A DNA stretch of 64,000 nt from Pirellulaceae bacterium. Lineage in GTDB: Bacteria > Planctomycetota > Planctomycetia > Pirellulales > Pirellulaceae. The position numbers and the translations under genes were made by a program. Below are positions 1 through 11,982 of the stretch, one piece after another. The DNA lies in contig JAWKTL010000022.1 of NCBI GenBank assembly GCA_041399105.1, forward strand, positions 27,597 to 91,596. The letters are read 5' to 3'. Each line of letters opens with the position of its first letter. Position 1 is the stretch's first letter. The notes beneath the pieces were generated by a model. That model made no database searches. It had not been told where the DNA came from and was given only the letters and a program-made list of their open reading frames with translations.

Positions 1-2484
1 CACCGATGGATGGGGCGGCCCCCATGGCTGCTGCGGAGTTGTCAGATGCGTCTGCCGCGTTTGGCGCCAGCGGGCGAGGGTCAGGCTGGCATGGGTGGGG
101 AAGCGTTGTCGAAGCAGTCGGTGGCGATTGCCAACGCCGCCGACGGTGCGGTCGCCGCTCAAAGCGATGTCGACCTCGACAATATTTCAGCGCGAAAGAA
201 TCTTCAGGAAACCGCCTTCTTTTTTCCGCATCTACTTGCAGGGGAAGACGGCACGGTCCGGATGCGTTTTACGATGCCGGAAGCTTTAACCGAATGGAAG
301 TTCTTGGGATTTGCGCATGACCAGCAACTGCGCAGCGGTCTGTTGACCGACACGGTCGTGACCGCCAAGGACTTGATGGTGCAGCCCAATCCGCCTCGCT
401 TTATGCGAGAAGGGATCGGTTGGAGTTCACGGTTAAAGTCAGCAACCAATCTCCCACGCGACAAACCGGCACGGTGCGATTGCAGTTTGCCGACGCCCGA
501 ACCGGCGACAATGCTGATGCCACGTTGGCAAATGATGATACCGACAAGCCGTTTGATATCCCGGCTGGTCAGTCTGTTTCGTTGGCTTGGAAGATCAAGG
601 TGCCCGACGGTCAGGGATTCTTGACTTACAAGGCGGTTGGTTCGACAGGACGACTGTCCGACGGTGAAGAAGGCTACTTGCCGGTTCTTTCGCGACGGAT
701 TCTGGTCACCGAATCGATCGCGTTGCCGATTCGCGGACGACAAACGAAGACGTTCGACTTCCAGAAAACTCAAGAATTCGGGAGAATCAAAGACACTCGA
801 ACATCAATCACTCACGGTGCAGATGGTTTCCAATCCCTCATGGTATGCCGTGATGGCACTGCCGTACTTGATGGAGTTCCCCATGAATGCAGCGAACAGA
901 CCTTCAATCGTCTGTATGCCAACAGTTTAGCGCGGCACATCGCGAACAGCGATCCGAAAATCGAACGCGTGTTCGAGCAGTGGCGAGCAACGCCGGCGGC
1001 TGGACAGTCCGCTATTGAAGAATGATGACTTGAAGTCGGTGATGATCGAGGAAACGCCTTGGCTGCGGCAGGCTCAAGCGGAATCGGAATCCAGACGCAA
1101 TGTCGGCATCCTTTTGACGACAATCGATTGGATGAAGAGACGCGTCGCTTGTTGATGAAGCTTGCCGACATGCAACTCAATGACGGTGCTTGGCCGTGGT
1201 TTCCAGGTGGACAAGGAAACGACTATATCACGTTGTACATCACCACTGGATTTGGGCGTTTGAGGCATTTGGGCGTGCAACTCGATCCGGCGATGGCGAT
1301 TCGATCGCTGACGCGACTGGATGCTTGGGTAACGGAACGGTACAACGATATTAGACCCGAACATCGCGATCAGAATCATCTTTCCAGGATCATCGCACTG
1401 TATCTTTACGGTCGCAGTTTCTTTCTGCAGGACCGACCGATAGCCCGAACATCAAGAGGCCATCAAATATTGGCGGGACCAAGCGACGAATTATTGGTTG
1501 GATTTGGCGAATCGTCAGTCGCAAGCGCACCTGGCGGTTGCCTTGAAGCGGTTTGGCGATCCGGCGACGGCGCGAGGAATCATGCGATCGATCAAGGAAC
1601 GATCCGTCACGGATGAAGAATTGGGAATGTTCTGGCGTGATACGGAACTTTCCTATTGGTGGTATCACGCTCCGATCGAATCTCAGGCGATGATGATCGA
1701 AGCGTTTGATGAAGTCATGAACGACACCGAAGCGGTGGAGGATTGCAAAGTCTGGTTGCTGAAACAGAAGCAAACGCAAGATTGGACAACAACAAAAGCA
1801 ACCGCCGACGCCGTGTACGCACTGCTTCTGCGAGGCGGCAATCTGCTCGCATCCGACGAGATCGTCCAAGTGGCTTTGGCGGGAAAGACGGTTCAACCCA
1901 AAGCCGTTGAAGCGGGAACGGGCTTCTTCGAGGAACGTTTCACCGGAGAGGAAATTTCTCCTGAACAAGGGAAGATTCAAGTCACGAAGGTCGACGAGGG
2001 TGTCGCTTGGGGAAGTGTTCACTGGCAATATCTGGATGACATCGCGAACATCACGCCACATGATGGAACGCCGCTGAAGTTGACCAAGGAATTGTATGTC
2101 AAAGACATTACCAAGGATGGACCCATTCTAAGAAAGGTGATCAATCCGATCGCGGTCGGAGACGAACTGGTTGTTCGCATTGTGCTGCGGAGCGATCGCG
2201 ACATGGAGTTCCTGCATTTGAAGGATCACCGCGGCAGCGGTACCGAACCGGTGAACGTACTGTCGCAATATAAGTATCAGGACGGCCTTGCGTATTACGC
2301 GTCGACGCGTGACACCGCGAGCCACTTTTTCATTGACTATCTGCCCAAGGGGACGTACGTCTTCGAGTACTCCACCCGGGTGCAGTTGCGAGGCGAATAT
2401 CAAACGGGAATGGCGAACATCCAGTGTATGTACGCCCCCGAATTCAATAGTCACTCCGAGAGTCTGCCGCTGGTCGTGCGATAG
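1..2484 (+). CDS. Alpha-2-macroglobulin family protein, C-terminal part (5'-truncated by window; several frameshifts)
   Basis: Consecutive ORF pieces 10-624, 420-1025, 637-930, 1059-1616 and 1498-2484 carry A2M motifs: RKNLQETAFFFP, FTMPEALTEW, QPNPPRFMREG, thioester CSEQ (888-899), QLNDGAWPWF and C-terminal IQCMYAPEF. Confidence 0.9.
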
Positions 2485-2690
2485 GGCCTTTCTTCAGGGG
2501 GCGATGTGCAACGTTGTCGTCTGCCAAGAAAAAGTTTGCTATTTTTCCAAAAAAAGGCTTCAGCTAGGTATTGTGACGCTATATATTTTCTCTCGATCCA
2601 AAGTGACCTCAGTTTCACTGGCGATCGAAGAGGGAGTTTGTTTTCAGGCAAGGAAGCGATCTCACTACTTTCACGTTTGGAGTACCTACG

Positions 2691-3176
2691 ATGAAGAGAG
2701 TTCTATTCAGTTCGACCCTTTTGCTTTTGGCGGCCCTGATGGGCTACCCGCAATCAGCCACAGGTCAGGATCAGTCGGCCAGTGGCCAGACGGCGGGGAA
2801 CGGTGCCGAGCAACCAGCAACGGATGCTGAAACAAACGGGGAGGAGGCCGAAAGTGAAAACGACGCGCAACGTCTTCCACCGGGCTACAGCGATATCATC
2901 ACAAGCTCCCAGCGTCGCAATATTTATCGCATTCAGCAATCGGTTCAAGTCGAGATCGATGCGCTGCAGGCCCAGATCGCCGCGTTGGTCGCCAAACGCG
3001 ATGCTGAAATCGAAGCGGTACTTGATAAAGAGCAGAAAGAGATCTTGAAGTTTATCCTCATGATTCGCGAACGCAATCGAAAGGAAATGCTGGAGGAACA
3101 ACAAAAGGCTGAAGCAGCCCAAGGTGGTGCCGAGGCACCAGCCGCCGCCGCGCCGGCTGCCACGGCTTCCGAATAG
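2691..3176 (+). CDS. Secreted hypothetical protein with coiled coil
   Basis: 161-aa ORF, GGAG upstream, N-terminal signal peptide (MKRVLFSSTLLLLAALMG), helical core LPPGY...YRIQ...IEAVL. Confidence 0.7.
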   Translation: MKRVLFSSTLLLLAALMGYPQSATGQDQSASGQTAGNGAEQPATDAETNGEEAESENDAQRLPPGYSDIITSSQRRNIYRIQQSVQVEIDALQAQIAALVAKRDAEIEAVLDKEQKEILKFILMIRERNRKEMLEEQQKAEAAQGGAEAPAAAAPAATASE

Positions 3177-3197
3177 CATCCACGAAAGAATTTGACC

Positions 3198-3240
3198 AAG
3201 CGAGGCGAACTGCCCCAAAGCGGTTCGCTTCGCTTTTTTT
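3198..3240 (+). terminator. Intrinsic terminator between convergent genes
   Basis: Stem aagcgaggcgaactgc / gcggttcgcttcgctt followed by a T run, 22 bp after the stop at 3176. Confidence 0.75.
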
Positions 3241-3314
3241 GTTTCGTGAGAAGGCTGCACATCCCCGGTCGAGGCGTCGAACAAACCCCGCGATTCAAGT
3301 CGCTTCGGAATCGA

Positions 3315-6300
3315 TCATTTGCGTGAACGCTCGGCGATGACCTTGAAGTAGGCTTTCAACTGTTCGCTGTATTGGCTGGCAAACTCGCTGCGGCTCGACG
3401 CTGTCGCATTTTCCGCTTTCTTTTCACGCAAGTTCCCCCAGTCGGCTCCATTGCGATCCAACCGAGCGGCCTGCAATGCTTCGTCCGACATGTCGTCCAA
3501 GTCCGCTCCGTCGCCCGAAACCAGGGCGTCTGTTGGTGGACTTTCCTGTTGTGATTCCTGCTTGCTCGGAGAACGCTGTTGCGACATCTTTGCCGCTTGC
3601 TGGGCCGCCATCTGCGATAGGCTGGGTAAGGTCGGCATGGGAATCGACGACGCTGGCTGACTGGATTCCGGTTGGCCGGATTGCTGCACGGCGATCGCCA
3701 TCGCTCGATCGAGATCGTCGAGCATTTCCGCCAGACGCTGGCCACGTTGAACGTCTGATTCGTCGGGACGAGCCGCGATCGGCGACGCATCTTGTTCAGG
3801 ACTTCCGCTAACCGATGGCGATGGTGGTGGCGAATTCGGTTGGCCGTCGGCACCTTGGGGCTGAGCACCCTCGGAATTAGGAGACGCTTGAGCGGTCTCG
3901 GCTTGGGGGCTCGATGCCGCGTCCTCGCCCGCTTGTTTGGCGGCTTCGCTTTGCGCGAACATGTCCGCAACGCGATCGGCCTGCTCACCGATGGCGTCAC
4001 TCGCCTCCGCAGCCGCGTTGGTGGCTTGAGCCGACGCCGATGGCTTGTCACCCTGGCGTTTGTCCTCACCTTTTTTCGACGCTTCAACCGCTTGATCAGC
4101 TTTCTGCTGCGCGTTGGCGAGTTCGCTGTCCTTGACTTGCTGAACATTCTTCGACGCTTGATCGAGCATTGCGGCGGCGACTGGGGAGGAGGCGAGTCGT
4201 TCTTCATGTCGCGCCGCGCGAGCCAAGTCGTCGGAAGCGGCTTGAACGTCTTGTCCAACATCCTGCTGAGTTCGTTGCGCGGATTCGAGATCGGGCTGCG
4301 TGGCGGCCAAGTCATCTATTTGGACGGGGGATTTCGCAGCCGCTTCGGCATCCTTAGCCAACTGCTGTGTCATCTCCTTCGCCTTGTCGGCCGCACGTTG
4401 AGCCAGCTCGGCGGCTGGATTCTCCGCATTGAAGTTGTTGTCTTGAAACTGCTCCATCGCCTTGCGTCGCTGTTCCGCTTCCTTGACGCGTTCCTTGGCA
4501 TCGTCGCTCAGCTTCTTTTCAGCCTCGGCTACTTTTCGCGTCTCCTCCGCTCGCTGGCGGCTACTCTTGGCATTTTGCTGATGCCATTCGCTGTCGGGAT
4601 ACTTCTTGGCCTCCTGTTCAGCGCGCTTCGCCGCGTCTTCGAGCTTATTCAAATTGCTCTCAGCATTCTTGCGACGAGACTCCTGCTGCCGTTCATACTG
4701 CTGAGCTTGACGCTCATTATTTCGCAGGTCGGAAACCATTTGATTGCGAAGATTCTTGGCATCGCGTTGGGCTTCGTTCTTCAACTGCTCTTTCCGCTTT
4801 TCGTCATCCAGTTTCGTTCCGGCAGCTTGCTTTGATTGCTCGGCTGACTTCGCCAGCGCTTCGGTCGCCTGCTCCAACTGCTTTTGTACTTCAGCCGCAG
4901 CCTTGCTTCATTTCCTGAAGCGGCTGCTGTTCATTGACTTGATTCGCCATCGCCGCGGCCTTTTGAAGCTCCTGTCGCCTGATTGGCTTGCTGGGCCGCT
5001 TCGGATTGCTGAGTCTTGTTCGCCTGCTGCTCTGCTTGCTGCGCCAATCGGTTTGCGACGGCGTTGGCTTCTGCGCGATTTCACGCATATCCTGTTGAAG
5101 CTTTTGTTTTTCCGCTTTGACCGCCGGGTCGGAACGTTCCAACGACCGTTGCAAGTCATCTTCGCGGCGTTGGGAATGTTCCAGCTTCTGCAATGCTTGG
5201 GCCGCCGCCTCAGCCGAGATGCTCGACAGAGCCTCCTGCATCTGCGGGTTCTTCTTCAGTTCACGTTCGAGTTGTTGCAGCAACTTTTGTTGATCGGACT
5301 GCGCCTGTTCGTTCAGCTCGTTCAATTTTTCCAACTTGGCATAGTCTTGAGCAATCCGCCTTCCCTCCTCCAATTCGGCTTCGGCTTGTCGAAGTTGCTG
5401 ACGACTTTCGGCGACATCCTCCCCCGCATCGAGCTTTTCAAAATGTTCAGCCACTTGCTCCAAGGCGTTGGCGAGCTGTTCCTGATTCTTCGCAGCTTCC
5501 TCTAATTTAGAGGCCTGTTGCTCCGGTGATGTCGCTTGCTCCGCGGCGGACAAATCCTCCGCGGCTTTCTCAGCCGGTTCCTCAATCATCGCGATGCTGT
5601 CATCGGCGTCGCGGGCTCGCTCGCGACCTTCGTCCTCCATCAAATCTTGCTGGCTGGCATCCTCGGCCAGTGCATCCAACAAGGCCTGCAACTGCTCCGC
5701 CAAATCGGCTTGTAGTTCCTGCAGCGATTCAAGAGTCTGTTCGGGATGACCTTCCGGTTCGGAAGCGTTCTCATCTTCCGCCGCCGCATCGGCAGCATCG
5801 GCTTGAGTTTCGGTCGATTCTTCTTTGGCTTGCTCGTCTGTCGACTCACCGGCCAGTTCTTCGGTCTGTTGCTGAAGTTCGCGTGCTTGCTCGGCCAAGT
5901 CTTTAGCCAATTCCGGAATCGACGGAATCAAATCGGCGATCCGTTTCCTGGCGGCGGCCATCAGAGGGTCGACCTGTGAGTGCAACGCGTCAAAACGTGA
6001 GACCAATGAATCAATGCTGGTTGCGGCGGAGACAGTGTTCCGGTCCCATCGCCGCATCAGAATCAGGTTCGCGGCCTTGTTGAGCGGGTCGCCCCAGCGT
6101 AGCTCATTGATCGCGTTGACGACTTCGCCGGGATACTTCGCCGACGTCGCTCGTTCCGCGGCGACTTCCATCTCTTTATAGATGCCGTCCCACAAACGCG
6201 GGCTCTCGATACGCGCGGCGCGGAAATCCTGCGACTGCCAACGTTCGTTCGCCAACAGTTTCGCGGCGACCGATTGTTTTGAAAACAGGCTGTGTCCGGC

Positions 6301-9030
6301 CTCCAGTTCACGGAATGCATCGCGAATCGTCCGCATCTGCTCCACCGCCGCCTTAGCCATTTCATTGTCGTCGGCCGCCTTGAATCCCTTGACGACATGA
6401 TCGATCGCACGGCTCGCCAAACTGGCGTCGGCCACAGCGATCGGCAAACGATCGGTCCGCAACTGGTTCGCCTCCAGTCGATCGGCCAACTGCTCGCGAG
6501 CCGACGCCAAACGCCAATCGAACTCAGCTTGGCGCTGACGGATCTGTTCCTGGGCCTGTTCAATCTGAGAAGACTCTTTTGCCTTGATCGATTCAACCCG
6601 TGCTTCAACCAGTCTTTCAGACGCGCGGATTGCTAAATCGATTGAGTCGGCGATGACACCACTTCGTCGCGCCAGATCGCGACGCGAATTGCCAATCTGT
6701 TCGGGCAACTGACCATCGAACATCGATTGATTCAATCGCCCGTCCAGTTCGTTGTAAAACTGTTCGGTCAACCGACGTAGCGGTTCGTCGGTATCAGCAT
6801 TGTCGAGCCCCAACTGCAGTTCGGCCCGGTACCGGCCCAGCCATTCCTGCATGCTTCGCAGGCCATTCTCGGATTGCCGACGAATCCTTGGCCCATGCTT
6901 CCGCATCAGATCTTCCAATGCGTGGATGTAGTTCATCGCGACTTCCTGATGACGTCGCAATCGCGTTTCGCTGACCGGCGAAGCGGCTTTGACAATCAGT
7001 TTTTGCTGCTCCCGCAGACCATGGAGGTCGGTTGAAATGCCCGCCGCCAGATCGTGGGATACGAAGTCGCGAAACCGTTCGTCCAACCATCGTGCGTTTT
7101 CACCGGCCTGCTTGAATCGATGGCGAAAGTGGTTGTAGGCGTCTCCCTTTATCTTGCCATCGTTCTCCAATCGATCGTACGCTTCGGCAAAAGACTTCAG
7201 CTCACGCGTCAAATCGCGTTGCAACTGGGACAGCATCCGCAACGCCAACTCGGCCTCATAGGAATCGAGTCCAGCCGGCATTTTGGGCATCAACGTGCGA
7301 ATGACTTCGACCGCTTCGCCCGATTGATGGGCGACCTTTTCAGCAACATCGTTCAAGGCGACTTGATCTTCGGCGGGGAGAACGCGAGCCGTCTTATTAC
7401 GCTCAAATATCTGCTCGGCCCCGTCCGTCGCTTCCGTTATTGAGGCTGCAAACTTTTCCAGGGCGTCGGCGATGAACGCTTTGACGATCAGCGAGTCGTG
7501 TCGCGACGGATCGAAATCGTCCGACGTGATCACAATTTTCAGTGGCACCGATTCGCCACGCTGCCCCTTTCGATCGATGGCGACCATTTTGGTCTGGACC
7601 GTATCGCCACTCTTAAGTTTCAGCGGCAGCAAGTCAAACTCCCACTGCTCGGTGATCCGCGAACTCGGTTCAATTTGCAGTTCGCGCCGCTGCCAGCGTC
7701 CGCCATTCACCGAAGTCTCTTGTCGCAGCGTGTCGAGCGGCAAATCGTCCTGCGCCATCGCCATCAGGCTGAGAATGTCATTCGCCGGACGGAGCAGCGT
7801 TGTTTCCTCTTGCTTCAAGAAGCCGACTCGGGGAACGAGATCGGGTTCGGGCCGGATTTCGTATCGCGGGCTGAAAGTGTTGTCGAAGCCGGTTTCCGCC
7901 GATTTCAGATGAACCTTGTAGACCGAAGCCTGTCGAATCGGAATCGATACCGACAGAAAACCGTCCTCACGACGCACGGCGTCAATCGTGAGAATCCGAT
8001 CCGATCCGGACGTTTCAATGAGAAGCTGCGCTTCCGAAACGGCTTGGTCGGTACCCAGAAGAAGTTCGACTTGGGTTCCCTCCAATGCAACCAAGTCGCC
8101 ATGGGTTTCCGAGATCGTTTCGGGTTCCAGCTTGGTGTACTGCGGATAAATGTACGTTTTTTGGAATGCTTCGACGCGAGGACGCGGACGCGATCGCAAC
8201 GTATATCGCCGCGTGATGGCGTCGCCAGCCAAAATGCGATACTCAACTTGCTCATCACGAACGGTAATGTTCGCTGCAAATCGACGCTCTCCCTGAGCCC
8301 GCATCATCTGCTCGCTCAACCCCGTCGATTCGCAATACGATTCAAGCGTCACCTCGTTGACTTCGGGTCCCGTCAACTGAACGACGATCCCAACCGTTTC
8401 GCCTCGGGGAACGGTCTGCGAAGCAGGGCTCGGCTGCAGCACCACGACCTGCACCTTCGAGACACGATCGACATTCGCCCCCGGAATCATGGCGCGAGTG
8501 ATCAATTGTCGAAACGATAGCCCGGGCAGTGAAATGAGAATGCCGAACAGGCACGCGATCGCAATCGCACCAACAAGCCATCTGCCGATCAAGCGGACCG
8601 GCAGCAGTTTGCGAACGTCGACCCACTGCGTACTCGCGGCCACTTTGTCCTGCAACATCTGTCGGAACTGCTGCGATCCGTTTCCCTGGGCACGCTCGTC
8701 GGAAAGCTCCACCGCGGCAAGCAATTGTTCGCGCAGTTGCGGTTCGGCTTCCTCGATGCCCGCGGCAAGAGATTCGGGATCGCGAGGGCTGAACCAGCGT
8801 CGCAGGGAGGTCCACCAGACCAGAGCGAAGACAACCGCATAGACGCTCACGCTGAGAACGACACGCAATCGATCGGACAGAATCCACAACCAATCGATCA
8901 AGGCCACCAGTGACATCAAAAGCAGAAGGCTAACAATTCCGACGCATACCGCTCGGACAAATAACAACCGTTTTTGCCGACGTCCGAATTCAAGCAACTT
9001 GGCCGACGTCTGCGGGTTCAGGTTTGACAT
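3315..9030 (-). CDS. Giant (~1900 aa) membrane-anchored coiled-coil protein, DUF4175-like; frameshifted near 4880-5070
   Basis: ORFs 4891-9030 and 3315-4877 abut. N-terminal TM segments, Ig-like P-Y-T region, Q/E/A-rich repeats, and a C-terminal W..L...Y..Q.KAYFK motif typical of this planctomycete family. Confidence 0.7.
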
Positions 9031-9056
9031 CGTTGAAAGTCCCTTCCATCAATTAT

Positions 9057-9119
9057 GAACGCGTTTGATGTTATCTTGCCCTGATGTTTCTCAGTTGATC
9101 GTGCGACGCGGTCGCTCTA
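9057..9119. repeat. 63-bp miniature element family B, empty copy
   Basis: gaacgcgtttgatgttatcttg...gcggtcgctcta aligns at identical length with 47677-47739 and with the reverse complement of 56439-56575. Confidence 0.8.
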
Positions 9120-9150
9120 GGTTTAGTAAAGCACCGATGCACACGTTGTC

Positions 9151-9212
9151 GAGCACAACTCGTTTAACGGCTAGCCGTAGGCGTCTGTGATTGACCGGCT
9201 TTGTTGACGCCT
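9151..9212. repeat. Truncated REP-like palindrome (family C)
   Basis: gagcacaactcgtttaacggctagccgtaggcgtc matches the left arm and flank of the palindrome at 32112-32193. Confidence 0.65.
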
Positions 9213-9280
9213 GCAAGGAGAGCATTAAGGGGCGAGATCTTGTAAAACGCACAAGGTGATCGTTTGACAAGCGATCATTA

Positions 9281-9357
9281 TATACGTCGCGTGGCCGAAA
9301 ACGAGGTGATTCGCTTCATTTGACGCGAGGGCATCATTCCAGACCACGCACGGTATA
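9281..9357 (+). mobile_element. 73-bp TA-flanked MITE family A, copy 1
   Basis: TA-tacgtcgcgtggccgaaa...agaccacgcacggta-TA with imperfect terminal inverted repeats; followed by the family B end acatcaaacgcg. Confidence 0.85.
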
Positions 9358-9427
9358 ACATCAAACGCGTCCATTATTGATGTAAAAGCCACTTGTGAGG
9401 ATCAGACGTTCGGGATACTATGGCTAT

Positions 9428-9442
9428 TGATATTCAATCTCA
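9428..9442. promoter_or_regulatory. Putative Fur-like 7-1-7 box upstream of feoAB
   Basis: TGATATT-c-AATCTCA matches 11/14 positions of TGATAAT-n-ATTATCA and lies ~200 bp upstream of feoA. Confidence 0.45.
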
Positions 9443-9473
9443 CTAACGCGTGACGCTTGTTGTCAATCGCGAT

Positions 9474-9550
9474 TATACGTCGCGTGGCCGAAAATGAGGT
9501 GATTCGCTTTATTAAATGCAAAAGCATCATTCCAGGCCACGCACGGTATA
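9474..9550 (+). mobile_element. MITE family A, copy 2
   Basis: 77 bp including both TA dinucleotides; near-identical to the copies at 40735 and 56484. Confidence 0.85.
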
Positions 9551-9637
9551 AGACGCGGTTATGAGCTTTCGCGTTACCAGTTCGCTGTCGGTGATGTGAA
9601 CTGACGCTGTCTTTGTAATGGTTAAATACATCTTTAT

Positions 9638-9865
9638 ATGAACGGACGATCACTAGCGGATTTGCCTGCAAAGACGCGTGGAACGGTGGCCGGGTTTGAA
9701 TTGCCCGACGACGAATCACTGCGCGTTCGGACCCTTGGTGTTTGCCCGGGGATGCAGGTTGAAGTCGTCCAAAATGGCGATCCCCTGATTCTGTCGACGG
9801 CTGGGACGCGAATCGGAATCGCTCGACGAATCGCGGCTTGTGTGTTCGTCGATACTGAACATTGA
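9638..9865 (+). CDS. feoA: Ferrous iron transport protein A
   Basis: 75 aa with LRVRTLGVCPG...GDPL...IGIAR FeoA motif; its stop overlaps the feoB start. Confidence 0.9.
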   Translation: MNGRSLADLPAKTRGTVAGFELPDDESLRVRTLGVCPGMQVEVVQNGDPLILSTAGTRIGIARRIAACVFVDTEH

Positions 9866-11925
9866 CCGAGCGACAGGGGATATCCCCACACCTCAGCCTT
9901 CCCACCCAACCATCCGAGATCTCAGGCGTGACTGAAGCGACCTCCCTCCTGCTGCCGGTGATCGAATCATCCGTCAATGAACCGATGACGATCGCCTTGG
10001 TGGGCAATCCCAACGCCGGAAAAACGACGTTGTTCAATGTAATGACCGGGCTCCGCTCGAAAACGGCGAATTACCCTGGAACGACGATTGATCATCGGCA
10101 GTCGACGATCGTATTGGACGGTACGCCGCATCAATTGATCGATCTGCCGGGGGCTTACAGCTTGGAGGGTTTGAGCCCTGAAGAAGAAGTCACTCGCGAT
10201 GTGCTGCTGGGAAAACTAGGTGCGAAGGAAGGGCCCGACGCCATTTTGTTGGTTCTCGACGCGACGCACCTCACTCGGAATTTGGTCTTTGCGAGCCAAG
10301 TGTTGGAACTGGGGAAGCCAACATTGGTTGCATTGAACATGATCGACGAAGCCGAACGCGACGGGTTGCAGATCGATATCGAACAGTTACAGGCGGAACT
10401 TGGGTGTGACGTCGTCAGTATCTCCGCACGATATGGTCGGAACCTGGACGCTCTCACACAGCGGCTGGGGGCCTTGATGCGACGTGAATCGAAAGCCGCT
10501 CCATGTGCGAGCGCTGCGGTTTGCGGCGGGTGCGGCGGTTGTCAGTACGCTTCGCGCTATCGCTGGGCTTCGGACTTGACGCATCGCAGCGTTCAAGATT
10601 CGTTTGGCGAGCGAACGCGTGTCGGAGAATCGATCGATCGGTTCGTCACGCATCGATGGTTTGGCCTGGGTTGCTTCGCCTTGCTGATGGCGTTTACGTT
10701 CATTTTGATTTTCTGGCTGGCGGCGTTTCCGATGGAGTTCCTCGATTCGATGTTCGCCCTTTCAGCGCAATGGGTTGGCGCTTGGCTTCCCGAAGGGAAC
10801 CTGCAAAGCCTGATCACGGAGGGATTGATCGGAGGTGTTGGTGGGATGCTCGTCTTTCTGCCACAGATCTTTATTCTGTTCTTCATGATCACGTTGCTGG
10901 AGGACAGCGGTTATCTGGCGCGGGCGGCGTTCGTGATGGATCGATTGATGTATCGCGTCGGATTGCCGGGAAAAGCGTTTGTCCCCTTGCTGGCGGCGCA
11001 TGCCTGCGCGATTCCGGCGGTGATGACCAGTCGTGTGATCGATGATCGACGTGATCGACTGAGTACGATTTTGATCATCCCATTGATGACCTGCTCGGCG
11101 CGATTGCCGGTCTTTGCAATGGTCGTTGCCCTGATCTTTCCAGGCAATGCCTTAATGGCGGGCCTGACGTTCGCCGGTGCCTATGCATTCGCGATCATCG
11201 CCGCCTTGTTGATCAGCTTCGTTTTTCGTCGAACGATTTTGCCAGGCAAGACAAAGGCGTTGGTGATCGAACTGCCGCCGTATCGCGTCCCCTCGCTTCG
11301 CAACGCGTTGACGACAAGCATCGATCAGTCGTGGTTGTTCATCTACAAAGCCGGCACGACGATCTTGGTCTTTTCATTGATCCTCTGGTTCCTCGCCACC
11401 TTTCCTAAAACGGAGCCCGGAGCGTTGCCGCCGGTTTGGCAGGATCGCTTGGCACAGGCTGAACAAACCGGAGGGACGGAAGCTTACCAGATCGCACTGG
11501 CTCAGGCGCAAAGCGAGTACTCGATTGCCGGTCGCATGGGCAAGTTCATTCAGCCGATCTTTGCACCGTTGGGATTTGATTGGCGTCTGAGTGTCGGCGT
11601 CATCAATTCGTTTGCCGCACGCGAAGTCATTGTCTCCACGCTGGCGGTTCTCTACGGTGCCGGAGATGAAGAGTCGGGTTTGCTTGGATCGTTGCAGCAG
11701 GCGACCAACGTTCATGGAGAACGTATTTTCACCGTTCCCACTTGCCTGAGCTTGCTGATTTTTTACATCTTCGCCATGCAGTGCTTCCCGACATTGGTCG
11801 TCATCCGCAAAGAGTTGAAGACTTGGAGTTGGCCCGCGTTTCAATTTGGTTATATGACTTTGCTGGCATATGTTTCCGCTTGGGTCACCTTTCAGGTATC
11901 ATCTTATTTGATCGAGCGTTATTGA
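9862..11925 (+). CDS. feoB: Ferrous iron transport protein B
   Basis: G1 GNPNAGKT, NYPGTT, DLPG, NMID; gate/core motifs LEDSGYLARAAF and CSARLP. Start codon uncertain. Confidence 0.95.
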   Translation: MTERQGISPHLSLPTQPSEISGVTEATSLLLPVIESSVNEPMTIALVGNPNAGKTTLFNVMTGLRSKTANYPGTTIDHRQSTIVLDGTPHQLIDLPGAYSLEGLSPEEEVTRDVLLGKLGAKEGPDAILLVLDATHLTRNLVFASQVLELGKPTLVALNMIDEAERDGLQIDIEQLQAELGCDVVSISARYGRNLDALTQRLGALMRRESKAAPCASAAVCGGCGGCQYASRYRWASDLTHRSVQDSFGERTRVGESIDRFVTHRWFGLGCFALLMAFTFILIFWLAAFPMEFLDSMFALSAQWVGAWLPEGNLQSLITEGLIGGVGGMLVFLPQIFILFFMITLLEDSGYLARAAFVMDRLMYRVGLPGKAFVPLLAAHACAIPAVMTSRVIDDRRDRLSTILIIPLMTCSARLPVFAMVVALIFPGNALMAGLTFAGAYAFAIIAALLISFVFRRTILPGKTKALVIELPPYRVPSLRNALTTSIDQSWLFIYKAGTTILVFSLILWFLATFPKTEPGALPPVWQDRLAQAEQTGGTEAYQIALAQAQSEYSIAGRMGKFIQPIFAPLGFDWRLSVGVINSFAAREVIVSTLAVLYGAGDEESGLLGSLQQATNVHGERIFTVPTCLSLLIFYIFAMQCFPTLVVIRKELKTWSWPAFQFGYMTLLAYVSAWVTFQVSSYLIERY

Positions 11926-11982
11926 CCGCCCAACGCTTCGCATCCAAATAATCTTGTCCTGTCGGTCTGGAGTCTAAGTCGA

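Noticed and set aside
3792-8520. Long plus-strand ORFs antisense to the giant coiled-coil gene
   Set aside because: Shadow ORFs expected from high GC and biased codon use; no motifs.
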